This document shows positions 11,701 to 22,251 of a stretch of 64,000 nt of DNA, one piece after another. The notes beneath the pieces are model-generated. The model was not told the DNA's origin, ran no database searches, and worked only from the letters and a program-made list of their open reading frames with translations. Position 1 is the first letter of the stretch, and the number at the start of each line of letters is the position of its first letter. Source of the DNA: Callorhinchus milii (lineage: Eukaryota); the NCBI RefSeq assembly GCF_018977255.1, contig NW_024704759.1, positions 8,246,001 through 8,310,000 on the forward strand, written 5' to 3'. The translations under genes and the position numbers were made by a program.

Positions 11701-14700
11701 TGTAGAAATCTTTTCGTTGGGGCTACATTTTGAAGAACATTAAAACTTGAAGGAAATTCTAAGTCCTGGTTACATGTTGCAATTTTATTATTAAGTATTG
11801 AAGGAAGACACGAATTGTCTCAGGTCTAGGGAGAGAAATTTTCCATCAAGGCCACTGCTTGTTAACCAGTGACCCCTGCAGGACAGTACACGTGTGGGGA
11901 TATCAGGGGAGGACAGAATGTAACTCAGCTATAATGCCTTCCATGATTAAATGGCCTGCTGCCCCGACTGTCTAAGATCCCAGTAATACAGTCACTTCTG
12001 GATACCAATGGAACTATCCCACAGCAAGCCAGTCAGTCCCTTCAAGAAAGTGGTCAAAAATTTTACATCATTTGTTACACAAAGGCTGCCAGGAAACCCA
12101 AATTGAGTACACATTGCGTTCTGACTACCATTGCGCTTTTGTTTTTCTGCCATGCAAATTCTCAACACTGAGCGATGATTATTTAAAGTTGGCACCTCTG
12201 AAGTGGCGTATTCAGTATCACATCCACAAGCTGAATGACTCCCTCCACTATCTCTACTGCAGCATCTCGAACTAGTCGTCGTAGAGTCACGCCTGGAGAC
12301 AAGAGACATGTCAGTTATGTTCTGTCAGTTACCCTCTTACTAGCCACATGCAAAACACAAACCGCGGTTACTTATATCCTGCAATGATTGTGAAGCCATC
12401 AGCACAAAACTGATCCTCATTTCTGCTCTAAAAAACCTAAATAAATTGCAAGGTTGGATCCCTGGTTATTAACTTATGCAACCCACTTTTTTTTTAAAAA
12501 ATCGAGCAACATTTCAATAGATTATATACCAAAATGTACAGGGTGTATCAATTCGTACCACTTCATGTTTCTATTCCTTGATCCATTCTACAGGTTAGGT
12601 CATAATGATGCTATGGCAGGAGGAGACTTTATTGAATAACAGCACTTGCCTTGACTCTTGGGTAACCAGTAGTACACTGTGGATAAATTAAGAATGCTCT
12701 TTTGAATGTCATCAGCCAGTTTCTGACAGTCCTGGGCAGAAAAGAAAATTTGAATGAAGTTGTGGACCGATTCTAATGTGGAAAATCTCAAGTCGTACTG
12801 ACAAGTTCACTCACATTCGCAGATGGCAAGGGTGGCTTTGAAAAGAGGAGACTGAGCTTTGTTGCTTCTTGTGATATAGCTTTGAAACATTCATCTACAA
12901 GAAGCAGCAAGGAAAACAATTAGACAATTCTTCTGTAAGAAATTAAAAGCAACACTTGTTGGAATCACAATTTAGAAAAGAGTCATTTACTATTTTGGCA
13001 CAGCTTAACTGGTTAATAAAATAAACCTTGCATTTGATATAGCGCCTTGTCGTGTCTCCAAGTGATTTACATAATTTACTGTGTAATGACTCAAACTCAA
13101 CTGCTAATTTGCACACAATGTCCCCTAAAACAGCCATGAATGACTAATTTATATCTGGAGGATTTTTGGCCAGGACATCAGGAAAAATGTCCTTCTCTTT
13201 TCGAAGAGTGAAATAGGAGCTTTGATGTCCACCTGAACAGGCAGATAATAATAATAATAATCCTTGCATTTGATATAGCGCTTTTCACATCTTCTCGATG
13301 TCTCAGAGCGCTTCACAGAATAGACTGTAAAGTGAATTGACCATATATTTGTGGGCGAAACGCGGCAGCCAATTGCAGATGGGACCTAGGTGTAATGTCT
13401 CATCTGAAGGACAGGATCTGTGGCAATGAACCCCAGCGCCGCATTGCAGTGTCAGCCTAGATCACAAGACTGTGAGTTCAAACACCCTAAGGGACAACAT
13501 CAGAACTAAACACAGTCTCTTCAATAGTCTGTGACAATAGGAAGACCAGAAAGGTCTCAAATACTCTGTAATAAAACTAGAAAAGAAAGCTGAGACCAGA
13601 TCTTACTCAACATCAAATCAGTCCTGTATTACACGTTCACTCCTGCCTCACACCTAGACCACCCCCTAATAATGCACATGCTCCCCACCCCTCACCTTGC
13701 TGTCCCTTCTTTCAACCAGCATTAATAAAGGATTATCAGGCAATCCTAATAAAGTGACAGACACGAGACAAACTAATGAAACTAACATTTGCATAAAACC
13801 GCCTCAACATTTTAATAATATTTTAATAATGAAGAATATTTCAGCAATAATAAATAAATAATCCTTGCATTTGATATAGCGCTTTTCACGTCGGGAGGAC
13901 GTCCCAAAGCGCTTCACAGAACACACTGTAAAGTGAATTGACTGTATATATTTGTGGGCGAACCCGGCAGCCAATTGCGCACAGCAATGTCCCACAAACA
14001 GTCGTAGATTGAAAATGGCCAATTTATTATTGTTTGGGGTTTTGGAGGGATTATTATTAGGCTCTGTGTGGAGTAAGGAAACTTGCCCAAGGTTTCGCCC
14101 TGTGCCTGGTATTGAACTCAGGTCTCCCACTTGCAAAGCGAGTGCTCTAACCACTGAGCTACAGGACTCCACATAAGTCTGTCACAGATTATTCAGATCC
14201 CGAATTAAACTCTAGTACCGAAGAGAACTACAACTTTAAACAGTATAAACCATAAGCCACACTTAGAATGCACCAGCTCTCCCCTTACAACCCACTGCGC
14301 AGGTCACGATCTGCCTTTCCCCTCTCTCAGTTTTAAGTGTCAAGTGTCAGACCCAGGGTATTCCAGAAGAACTGCAAGTCAAAATCTTCAGAGTTCCAGA
14401 ACGATTCTCCTTCTGTAAGGAAAAAGGACATTTGGCATCACAATTTTAAAGATTTTTCAGAAAAGGAATTTTTTTTTATTATTTTCTTTTAAAACAAAAC
14501 TTATAAGAAGTGCACTTGCTTTGCCCTGAGTTAACCCACTGACAGCCTGTAACTCACTACTAGGCTGTCCTTATTACAGTGGCTATACAGCATCTTCCGC
14601 AAGGATAAGGTCCAGAAGAGTTTCATGTGATGGAGGGAAACCCAAGAGCCGGAAGATAAACAGTCGCGTGGGTGACGGGTAGTGAGTGACAGACTGGGGT

Positions 14701-15839
14701 GAGAGTGTGAGTTACAGACTAAGGTGAGGGGGAGTTACAGACTGGGGGGGAGTGTGAGGTACAGACTGTGGGGGAGTGTGAGGTACAGACTGGGGGGGGG
14801 GGAGGTACAGACTGTGGGGGGGGGGGGGTGAGGTACAGACTGTGGGGGGGGGTGTGAGGTACAGACTGTGGGGGGGGGAGTGTGAGGTACAGACTGGGGG
14901 GGGGGGGGGGAGTGTGAGGTACAGACTGTGGGGGGGGGTGTGAGGTACAGACTGGGGGGAGGGGGAGTGTGAGGTACAGACTGTGGGGGGGGGAGGTACA
15001 GACTGTGGGGGGGGAGTGTGAGGTACAGACTGTGGGGGGGGGGGTGTGAGGTACGACTGGGGGAGTGTGAGGTACAGACTGGGGGGGGGGGAGTGTGAGG
15101 TACAGACTGGGGGGGGGGGGGGGGGGGGGGGGGAGGTACAGACTGTGGGGGGAGTGTGAGGTACAGACTGTGGGGGGGGGGAGTGTGAGGTACAGACTGG
15201 GGGGGGGGGAGTGTGAGGTACAGACTGGGGGGGGGGAGGTGGTGGGGAGTGTGAGGTACAGACTGTGGGGGGGAGTGTGAGGTACAGACTGGGGGGGGGG
15301 AGGTACAGACTGGGGGGGGTGTGAGGTACAGACTGTGGGGGGAGTGTGAGGTACAGACTGGGGGGGGGGTGAGGTACAGACTGGGGGGGGAGTGTGAGGT
15401 ACAGACTGGGGGGGGGGGGGGGGGTGTGAGGTGGGTGGGGGGGGGGAGTGTGAGGTACAGACTGTGGGGGAGGGGGAGGTACAGACTGTGGGGGAGTGTG
15501 AGGTACAGACTGGGGGGGGTGGGGGGGGGGGGGTACAGACTGTGGGGGGGGGGGGGGTGTGAGGTGTGTGGGGGGGGGGGCAGTGTGAGGTACAGACTGT
15601 GGGGGGGGGAGGTACAGACTGGGGGGGGGGGGTGTGAGGTGTGTGGGGGGGGGGCAGTGTGAGGTACAGACTGGGTGGGGGGGGAGTGAGTTAGGATCTG
15701 GCGGACCCGGACACGCGGCTCACTCGAGCCCGAGGCGGCCTGGGGGCCTCTCACCTCTCAGCTGCGCCGCCGCCGGCCTGAGGCTGCAGCCGAGGTTCCG
15801 CAGCGGGAGCCTGAGATCCTCGCTCCCCGGGGCCGCCAT
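5609..15839 (-). CDS. CCNDBP1: Cyclin-D1-binding protein 1 (GCIP/DIP1), 11 coding exons, 342 aa
   Basis: Exons 15839-15755, 14412-14353, 12894-12815, 12731-12650, 12292-12196, 11404-11331, 10735-10659, 7970-7714, 7393-7333, 6803-6757 and 5717-5609 splice in consistent phase (1029 nt including TAA). Peptides [88 protein letters not shown] and AAIDHN match vertebrate CCNDBP1 as I recall it. Confidence 0.95.
6260..6628 (+). mobile_element. tRNA-derived SINE (longer subfamily), preceded by an inverted SINE fragment at 6113-6255
   Basis: Head ggagtcctgtagcttagtg; tail gagacgtctcgaagacgtgataagg. Confidence 0.85.
6757..6803 (-). CDS. CCNDBP1: CCNDBP1 exon 10
   Basis: [15 protein letters not shown]; GTGAGT donor. 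Confidence 0.92.
7333..7393 (-). CDS. CCNDBP1: CCNDBP1 exon 9
   Basis: [21 protein letters not shown]; GTGAGT donor. Confidence 0.93.
7714..7970 (-). CDS. CCNDBP1: CCNDBP1 exon 8
   Basis: [16 protein letters not shown]...[30 protein letters not shown]...[13 protein letters not shown]; AG|GTAAGT donor. Confidence 0.95.
8415..8715 (+). mobile_element. L2 LINE 3' end fragment
   Basis: [21 protein letters not shown] peptide; family 3' end. Confidence 0.85.
8940..10025 (+). mobile_element. L2 LINE 3' fragment including RT C-terminal half
   Basis: [40 protein letters not shown]; (TTG)n tail. Confidence 0.92.
10659..10735 (-). CDS. CCNDBP1: CCNDBP1 exon 7
   Basis: [26 protein letters not shown]; CAG|GTAAAA donor. 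Confidence 0.93.
11331..11404 (-). CDS. CCNDBP1: CCNDBP1 exon 6
   Basis: [24 protein letters not shown]; AG/GT boundaries. Confidence 0.92.
12196..12292 (-). CDS. CCNDBP1: CCNDBP1 exon 5
   Basis: [32 protein letters not shown]; AG/GT boundaries. Confidence 0.92.
12650..12731 (-). CDS. CCNDBP1: CCNDBP1 exon 4 (followed by GC donor)
   Basis: [27 protein letters not shown]; donor AG|GCAAGT. Confidence 0.9.
12815..12894 (-). CDS. CCNDBP1: CCNDBP1 exon 3
   Basis: [27 protein letters not shown]; GTGAGT donor. Confidence 0.92.
13846..14170 (-). mobile_element. Full-length tRNA-derived SINE
   Basis: Reverse copy of the 608-938 family. Confidence 0.92.
14353..14412 (-). CDS. CCNDBP1: CCNDBP1 exon 2
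   Basis: ccttacag acceptor; [20 protein letters not shown]; donor G|GTCTGA. Confidence 0.85.
14735..15690. repeat. G-rich minisatellite (GnAGTGTGAGGTACAGACTG)n in CCNDBP1 intron 1
   Basis: Dozens of GAGGTACAGACTG cores separated by G-runs of variable length. Confidence 0.95.
15755..15839 (-). CDS. CCNDBP1: CCNDBP1 coding exon 1
   Basis: GCAATGGCG Kozak-like start; [28 protein letters not shown]; donor G|GTGAGA; lies in a CpG island. Confidence 0.85.
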
Positions 15840-16090
15840 TGCCCGCCACCCAGAGAGAGAGAGAGAGAGAGACACACAGAGCGCGTGCGCGACAGGGACC
15901 GACCCCTGACCCCCGCCTTCGCCCCGCCCCCGACAGTGACGCCCCCCCCCCACACACACACACAGGGCACGTGCCCCGCCTCCTGTGACGTACGTGGCAC
16001 CAGCTCCGCCCCCGACACTGGCCCCGCCCCTGATACTGGCCCCGCCCCCTCCTGTTAGTGACCCCGTCCCTGGCCCTCACCTTTGACTGC
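15840..16090 (-). promoter_or_regulatory. CCNDBP1 CpG-island promoter / 5' UTR
   Basis: Several GCCCCGCCCC GC boxes (about 15921, 16021, 16039), CACGTG E-box, TGACGT CRE half-site and a (GA)n tract just upstream of the ATG. Confidence 0.75.
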
Positions 16091-16492
16091 ACCCCCCAGG
16101 GTGAGGGTCAGGGCTCACTGACCCCAGGGTCAGGGCTCACCGTCCCCCCCCCCCCCCAGGGTGAGGGTCAGGGCTCACCGTCCCCCCCCCCAGGGTGAGG
16201 GTCCGGGCTCACCGTCCCCCCCCCAGGGTGAGGGTCCGGGCTCACCGTCCCCCCCCCCCCCAGGGTGAGGGTCAGGGCTCACCGCCCCCCCCCCCAGGGT
16301 GAGGGTCAGGGCTCACCGTTTCCCCCCCCCCAGGGTGAGGGTCAGGGCTCATCGCCCCCCCCAGGGTGAGGGTCAGGGCTCACCACCCTCCCCAGAGTGA
16401 GGGTCAGTGCTCACCGCCCCCCCCCCCGCCCAGGGTGAGGGTCAGGGCTCACCGCCCCCCCCCCCCCCCAGGGTGAGGGTCAGAGCTCATCA
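16091..16492. repeat. Minisatellite (CnAGGGTGAGGGTCAGGGCTCACCG), about 12 copies, upstream of CCNDBP1
   Basis: Tandem units read directly from the sequence. Confidence 0.95.
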
Positions 16493-17611
16493 ATGCCGAG
16501 TGACGTACTCGCTGAACGGTGGCAGTTACCCCCAAAGCACACTCTGGGGCGGGTCCCCTCGAGCCTTTTTTTAAGCCCACGGGAAGCTAAATGCTTGGTC
16601 CACGTTTAATAAGTGAATCGAGGTTGAAAAAATGTGGGAGTGTGGGGGGCAACTTACGTGGGACACACTGCAATGGGTTCTACGGTGGGTGGAACCCACA
16701 GTCGTTTGGTTTGGAGGCTCTTCAGCGTGTTGATGGGTTTCCGCGCAGGTCACAACACCCGCCTCACAAAAGAAGCTAAGAATCAACGTTGCCATACGTG
16801 GTCAAGCATCGGGTGATTTTCATGACGACGGCGATTACCGTTCTCGCATTACTTTCACGGTGAGCGTGGGTAGGGTCGTCGAACCTATAAAAAGCATCAC
16901 AGCCAAGGTCTCATGCGATGTCCACACAGACATTGCAAATCCCGGTTAATTTTCCCCCTCTCGAGCCCAGAGCCGCTAAGGCAAATTGTTGATTTTATGC
17001 CCTCTCCTTACTGAGATCTGGGATTTAGGGTCTGTATGACCCACTGCTACACCCGGCAGTAACTTCACCAAATTACGGTGGGCACATGAAAGGCTTATCA
17101 TGAGGAAGGGTTCAGCCGAACTGCATCACTTTCAAATTTAAATGTCCATTTAAATCTTTTTCCCATACATTTCTGGTTTATTTTAAAAGTCTTATTTTCA
17201 TTGAAGTATCAGAAATGTAAATAATTATTCCTTAAACTTCCATTGCTCTAAATATAGAGTATGAGACATGGTTGGGGGCAGGCGGTGGAGATGAGGATCT
17301 GATGTGCTAATTATCGCATCCCACATTTTCCCCTTATATGGGTAAAATTTCTGTTCAGTGTTACTTGCACCAACCTTTCATTTTAGAAAATGTCTGCCAC
17401 TAACAGAATTTCCCATTATGGTCACATTTTGCTAAAAGCGCCACATGCAATACTGAATGCAATGTTACCCCATAGTGCAACTAAATGCTATTGTTAGGCA
17501 TTTTGGTGGAATAATTTATTGTGCGCATTGTGTACTGATCCAACATTTAGAACATGCCACCCTCACTAAAAATGTACAAGAAACCACACAACTTATTTAG
17601 CAATTTGTTAG

Positions 17612-17631
17612 TTTATTATGCGAGATTTATT
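17612..17631 (-). terminator. Candidate ZNFX1 poly(A) signals (two AATAAA)
   Basis: tttatt at 17612-17617 and 17626-17631; the roughly 2.2 kb up to the stop codon shows no obvious repeats, consistent with a 3' UTR. Confidence 0.5.
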
Positions 17632-19806
17632 TTTAAAAAAACACTGCAGCTTCAGTTACAATTTTTCTTCAGTTCAGATTTCTTTTAAGAGCATCATCTA
17701 GTCAAATACACAGGAAGGGTGCGAGTACAAGTTCAATAATCGATGGGTTAAAATAACAAAAACACACAGACTCAGGATCTCTAACACGATCATCCTTGAC
17801 AAAACTTAAACTGGAAGAATTTAAAATAAAAACAAAAATAGTAATTCCATAAATGTGAATATAAATCATTTTACATAACTTCATCATGACAGGCGTGAGA
17901 AATTTGAATTTGCCCTGGTTTTGAAATAAAACATTGCCACAAGAACATCATTCTTTTCCTATAAATTTGCAGCTCCAATTTGCTAAGTGAAGTGTTTTGT
18001 ATAACAAACTAACTACCTGGCAACTTTGCTTACCTTGATTCAATGCTAGACTTCGACTTAAGGGACTTACTTGAAGCTCTAATCAAGATTTTTTTTAAAA
18101 AAAAGAAAAAAAATGCTAAATTCATCGGTTGGCTTTCAAAGTGTTGCGACTCACACTTCAAAACTTGTTTCGTAACATTGGACTGTGAAACTCCAGCGGG
18201 ATACCCAGTCTCAACCTCTGGCGAATTCTGTTTGGGCTGACGTTCGAACTGCTCGTCCTGCCACGGAATTCAGAAATAAAACATTTCCAAGATACCAACT
18301 TGCTGTCCTATTCACGGCGACTCCCAATGAGTGATTTCGGACTTTCTCGTTCGTGGAGCTGAAGTTTCTCGTTTTTAATTTTGAAATTTTAAAAAAAAAA
18401 TCCAATTTTCTCATGGATTTGGAATCTCACACAATGCACAAGAGATCTGAAGTGCCACTCGCTTCCTGCCCCGATCCTGGCCCTATTGTGCAGCTTCGCT
18501 GGTCCAACCCTGAGGTAGGAGACGTGTCAGTAACGATGCACATACAATGACTGTAGTGCCGAGGTGACGTGGAGAGGGGGGGAATGAAAGGGGGAAGCAA
18601 GAATGGGAGGCGTGTGCTGCATCAGTATCACTTTCAGAGGGAAGCCTCCATGGGTTCAAGGAAGCAGCTGCAAGAGGTGGAAAGAGGCGGAGGGGCAGCA
18701 CCATAGTAATTTGTGAGAAGCGAGGAAATGAGGCTCACCCACCATTCTTAAGTGGTTTTAAGGAATGACCCGATTTTTCAGTGTTAAATGTGCTGCTTTA
18801 TGTAATGCCCACTTCTTAGCACTTAATAACCATGCTGTTTGCTCTTCAAGCATTTGCTTTGCCATAGACAACCTGAACAAAATATACCATATATAATATA
18901 TATATATATATAAAAATTGCAAATAACTAAAAATGCAAAATATTTCTCCACCAGTGCAGTGCCTCACTCTCTGGCACCCCTGCCACCAGGAAGATGTCAC
19001 CTCCCTTCGACTAATCCCCTGCTGAAATTCATTTAAAAAGTGGCAAAACTAAAAGTGGCATAACTCCTTTGACGTTTTCAGCGTTAGCATCTCTGTACTT
19101 TTAAAAACCAGCTGAGATCCTGTCAGAAATTAAAACAGCACAGCAATGGAGAGCAAGCTGCCCAGCAAAGTGAGTCGGTCCCTTTGGATAGTTAACGATC
19201 AGCGTGACAAGCAAAAAATTATTTCCAGCCTCGTAATGGATGCCTGAGAGCACTTGGGCCAAAATGTGCTATTTTGCAGGAAATTACAGAACTGTAACTT
19301 CCAAATCATGTTCCCTGTAATAAGAGACACATTAAAAACACTCGATATAGTTACAAAATGAACAGCATGGGTGGCACCGAATTACAAAGTTCAACATGTT
19401 CCCTCATTTGATTTGGGGGTTACAAATACAGTGTACTGACTGCAAGACATACGAGCCCCAACAAAATCAACTCAGGACCACAAACATCCTTTTAATTCAC
19501 TATAGATCATCCATTTTTCAATGCACAGCAATGGATTTCTCTTGAGATGCAGTTATACTGAGATGCGATTGTAAGTCGAAAGCTACCACAGTAAATTGTT
19601 TTTCCCGCCCATTTACCTCCAACATTAGCATAGCGCGAGTTGTCCCAACACAATTGCCGGTGTTCTGCTAAAGCTAGCAAAATGTTAATGTAAACAGTAC
19701 AGGTTGTTTTTGTGGTTGTTTGTTTCAACCTCCAACGATCAAATGCGTGGAAACCAATCAGCGGGATCACGCCCTCAACTCCCACCCCACCCGCCTCGTT
19801 AAATTT

Positions 19807-22251
19807 CTACAGGAATCTTCGAAGATCTGCAAAGTTCATCATATTATTCGCAATGTCTGACCAGGCAGAATGCTGAGCACCGTCCATTTCCGAAGCCAGT
19901 TGGTTGCTGCTCTCTAAAGCATGGTCCATACCCCCAATCGTTGCATTGCAATCCGGACACTTACTTTTTTCCATTGCACCTCCACATTCAGTAATAACGT
20001 AGACATGACCATTTGGGCATTTGAACCAGTGACCCTGACGGAGTCCCATCGCCTTGATAATCATTACCCTGTCACAGTCAGAAATACCGAGCCCGGTTGC
20101 AGGCAGAACGGACTTCAGTTTTTCCATTTTCTCCCTAACAAATTGCTCCTCCTCTTCCGTGAACTTCTTTGTACCTTCAAGAATTATCTGTATGCTGTTG
20201 ATGTCCTGTTCTGTTGAGGAGTTCAGCTTCCTGCTCGAAGCTATGTTACACCGGACGTAAAGGTCGACGAGAAATGTTATCCGCTGAATTTCGCTTTGTA
20301 GATCCATGAGCTCCTGTCCCGTGAATTTTGAGCGAGATTTATCCAACCACCTTAGACACTCGTTCAGCTTTGTAATAAACTTGCCTTTCATGTCAAAATT
20401 TAGCCTTGCCTCTTGACTTTTAAGTTCCGCCAGTCTTGAGAGGAATGTTATTTTATTTTCAGCAACGCTCAAATCCTGCATCGAGATCCCAGAGGAGAGG
20501 AGGGCGGAGGAGAGTCTTTTATTCTGAAGTTGAAACTGCTGAGCTATGATGGCGTGTTCCTTCAGCACTGCCATCAGATGTTGCCCGTTTCTCATGTTTT
20601 CCTCAGGGTCGCCCTTCACGATCTTCTTCACCTTCTCGATTTCGCCGAGACTCTTCTTTATGATAGATCCGTAGCGTAGGTTTTTCCTGATTGGGGTTCG
20701 GCACCTTGGGCAGTCCTTCAGCTTGATCACCGTGCCCTCTCCGTCTTCCTCCTGGTTCATGTAGCGGTCAAGGCCGCTGACCTCGAAGATGTGGCCGCAG
20801 TCCTCCAGCTGAACGAACCTGGCGTCCGGCTCATCCTCGCTGCCGAACATGATTTCTGTGACTTCGGCGTTGTGGCAGACGCGGCACTTCTTGGGGCAAA
20901 GTTCCCCGCACAGGCCGATGCAGGGGTGACCGCACTTGAGCCTCTTCCTGCAAGGCTCGTTGCAGGGAGGCCGGTCACAAGGCTCCGAGCAGAGCCTCTG
21001 GCACCTGTAATGGCGGCAGGCCCACTCGCACGGCTCTATGCAGGGCGTGCACAGCTCCCCGCACTTCCTCCCGCACTTGCTGTGCTTGCACACATTTTGG
21101 CAGGGCCTCCGGCAGGGGGGGCACTGGTTCGTGCAGGGCTCCAGGCACTCGTGGGAGCAGATGAGCAGCCGCCTGCAGGGCTGGGTGCAGCTGGCGTGAA
21201 AACGCCCCTCGTAGCAACGGTGGCAGGAGCCCGTGCACTGGTGGGCGCAGTCCAGCAGGGCCTTGCACTTCTCTTTGCAGGCCACCGAGGTTCCGATCCT
21301 TGCGGCTTCCTTGATGTAGCATTCCACCTCCTGAGTGTGATTGCACTTGAGCGTGATCGGCACTTTGACGGTGCAGGTGGCGCAGTCTTCCCCGCACGAG
21401 GCGACGCATTGGTGGCCGCACCAGAGGGTCTTGGAGCAGGGTTCCTTGCAGGAGAAATTTTCCGGGTCCATGGAACAAGGCACTTTTTGCAGGTGACCGC
21501 ACAGCGGGATCACCTTGTCCACCTTCACCCGGCAATTGCCGCACTTCTCGTAGCACGACCTCGGGCACCGGTGGCCGTCCTGGCAGAGCACCTTCTGGCA
21601 GGGCTTCATGCAGTTGAACTTCTTGTGCTCCATGTCGTACGGGTGGCAAGCCCGGGTGCAAACGTGGCCGCAGTCCAGACGGAAATTGCATGGCAGGCTG
21701 CAGCCCCCTTCGGGCACCTGGCTGAAATCGTCTGCCTTGGACACCAGGGTGGCCGTTTTGGGGTGGTTCTGACAAGTGAGCATCAGCGAGTGCCCGATGT
21801 TGCCTTTCTCCCGCAAGGTGTGCATGATTTTGCTCCAGAGGGGCACGTTCGCCAGCATGCTCATGTTCCCTATGCAGTAAAGACCTTTCTTGGCGCGCGA
21901 GAGAGCCACGCAAATGCGGTTAGCGATCTGCAAGAACCCGACCTTACCCGCTCGGTTGCTTCTCACCAGAGAAAGTAAAATAATGTCGTTTTCCTCTCCC
22001 TGGTACTTGTCGACCACGTGGACTCTCACCCCGGCAAACTTCTTGGACGGCATCATCTTACGCAGGCAAAAGAGCTGTCCTGTGTAGGTGGTGAGGATGG
22101 TGATCTGCGAGGGAGAGTAATCCTGGCAGATCAGATAGTGACACAGTGCCACGACAAAGGCTGCCTCATGACGGTTCTGATGGCTCTTCCCATCTTGGAT
22201 TTCCTCTTCAGGGAAATCGTGCTCCAGAAAGTAGAGGTCAGAGGAAACGCC
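19807..22251 (-). CDS. ZNFX1: ZNFX1 terminal exon (RecA2 domain, NF-X1 zinc-finger array, RING-like finger, RZ finger)
   Basis: [11 protein letters not shown]...VDKYQGEE...ALSRAK; Cys/His repeats; [17 protein letters not shown]; [29 protein letters not shown]; TAG at 19809-19807. Confidence 0.97.
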   Translation of the reverse strand, partial: GVSSDLYFLEHDFPEEEIQDGKSHQNRHEAAFVVALCHYLICQDYSPSQITILTTYTGQLFCLRKMMPSKKFAGVRVHVVDKYQGEENDIILLSLVRSNRAGKVGFLQIANRICVALSRAKKGLYCIGNMSMLANVPLWSKIMHTLREKGNIGHSLMLTCQNHPKTATLVSKADDFSQVPEGGCSLPCNFRLDCGHVCTRACHPYDMEHKKFNCMKPCQKVLCQDGHRCPRSCYEKCGNCRVKVDKVIPLCGHLQKVPCSMDPENFSCKEPCSKTLWCGHQCVASCGEDCATCTVKVPITLKCNHTQEVECYIKEAARIGTSVACKEKCKALLDCAHQCTGSCHRCYEGRFHASCTQPCRRLLICSHECLEPCTNQCPPCRRPCQNVCKHSKCGRKCGELCTPCIEPCEWACRHYRCQRLCSEPCDRPPCNEPCRKRLKCGHPCIGLCGELCPKKCRVCHNAEVTEIMFGSEDEPDARFVQLEDCGHIFEVSGLDRYMNQEEDGEGTVIKLKDCPRCRTPIRKNLRYGSIIKKSLGEIEKVKKIVKGDPEENMRNGQHLMAVLKEHAIIAQQFQLQNKRLSSALLSSGISMQDLSVAENKITFLSRLAELKSQEARLNFDMKGKFITKLNECLRWLDKSRSKFTGQELMDLQSEIQRITFLVDLYVRCNIASSRKLNSSTEQDINSIQIILEGTKKFTEEEEQFVREKMEKLKSVLPATGLGISDCDRVMIIKAMGLRQGHWFKCPNGHVYVITECGGAMEKSKCPDCNATIGGMDHALESSNQLASEMDGAQHSAWSDIANNMMNFADLRRFL

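Noticed and set aside
14735-15754. 339-aa Pro/Thr/His-rich ORF
   Set aside because: It is the translation of the intron-1 minisatellite and starts at the exon-1 splice donor GTG
14735-16492. CRISPR-like repeat arrays
   Set aside because: Eukaryotic minisatellites; the intervening sequence is homopolymer, not unique spacers
16822-16859. Plus-strand ATG exon-like MTTAITVLALLS with GTGAGC donor
   Set aside because: No downstream exons found before the ZNFX1 3' UTR; peptide not recognised
20791-21978. 395-aa antisense ORF and 312-aa off-frame ORF (20975-21913)
   Set aside because: Shadow ORFs expected from the GC3-rich ZNFX1 exon; no recognisable protein features
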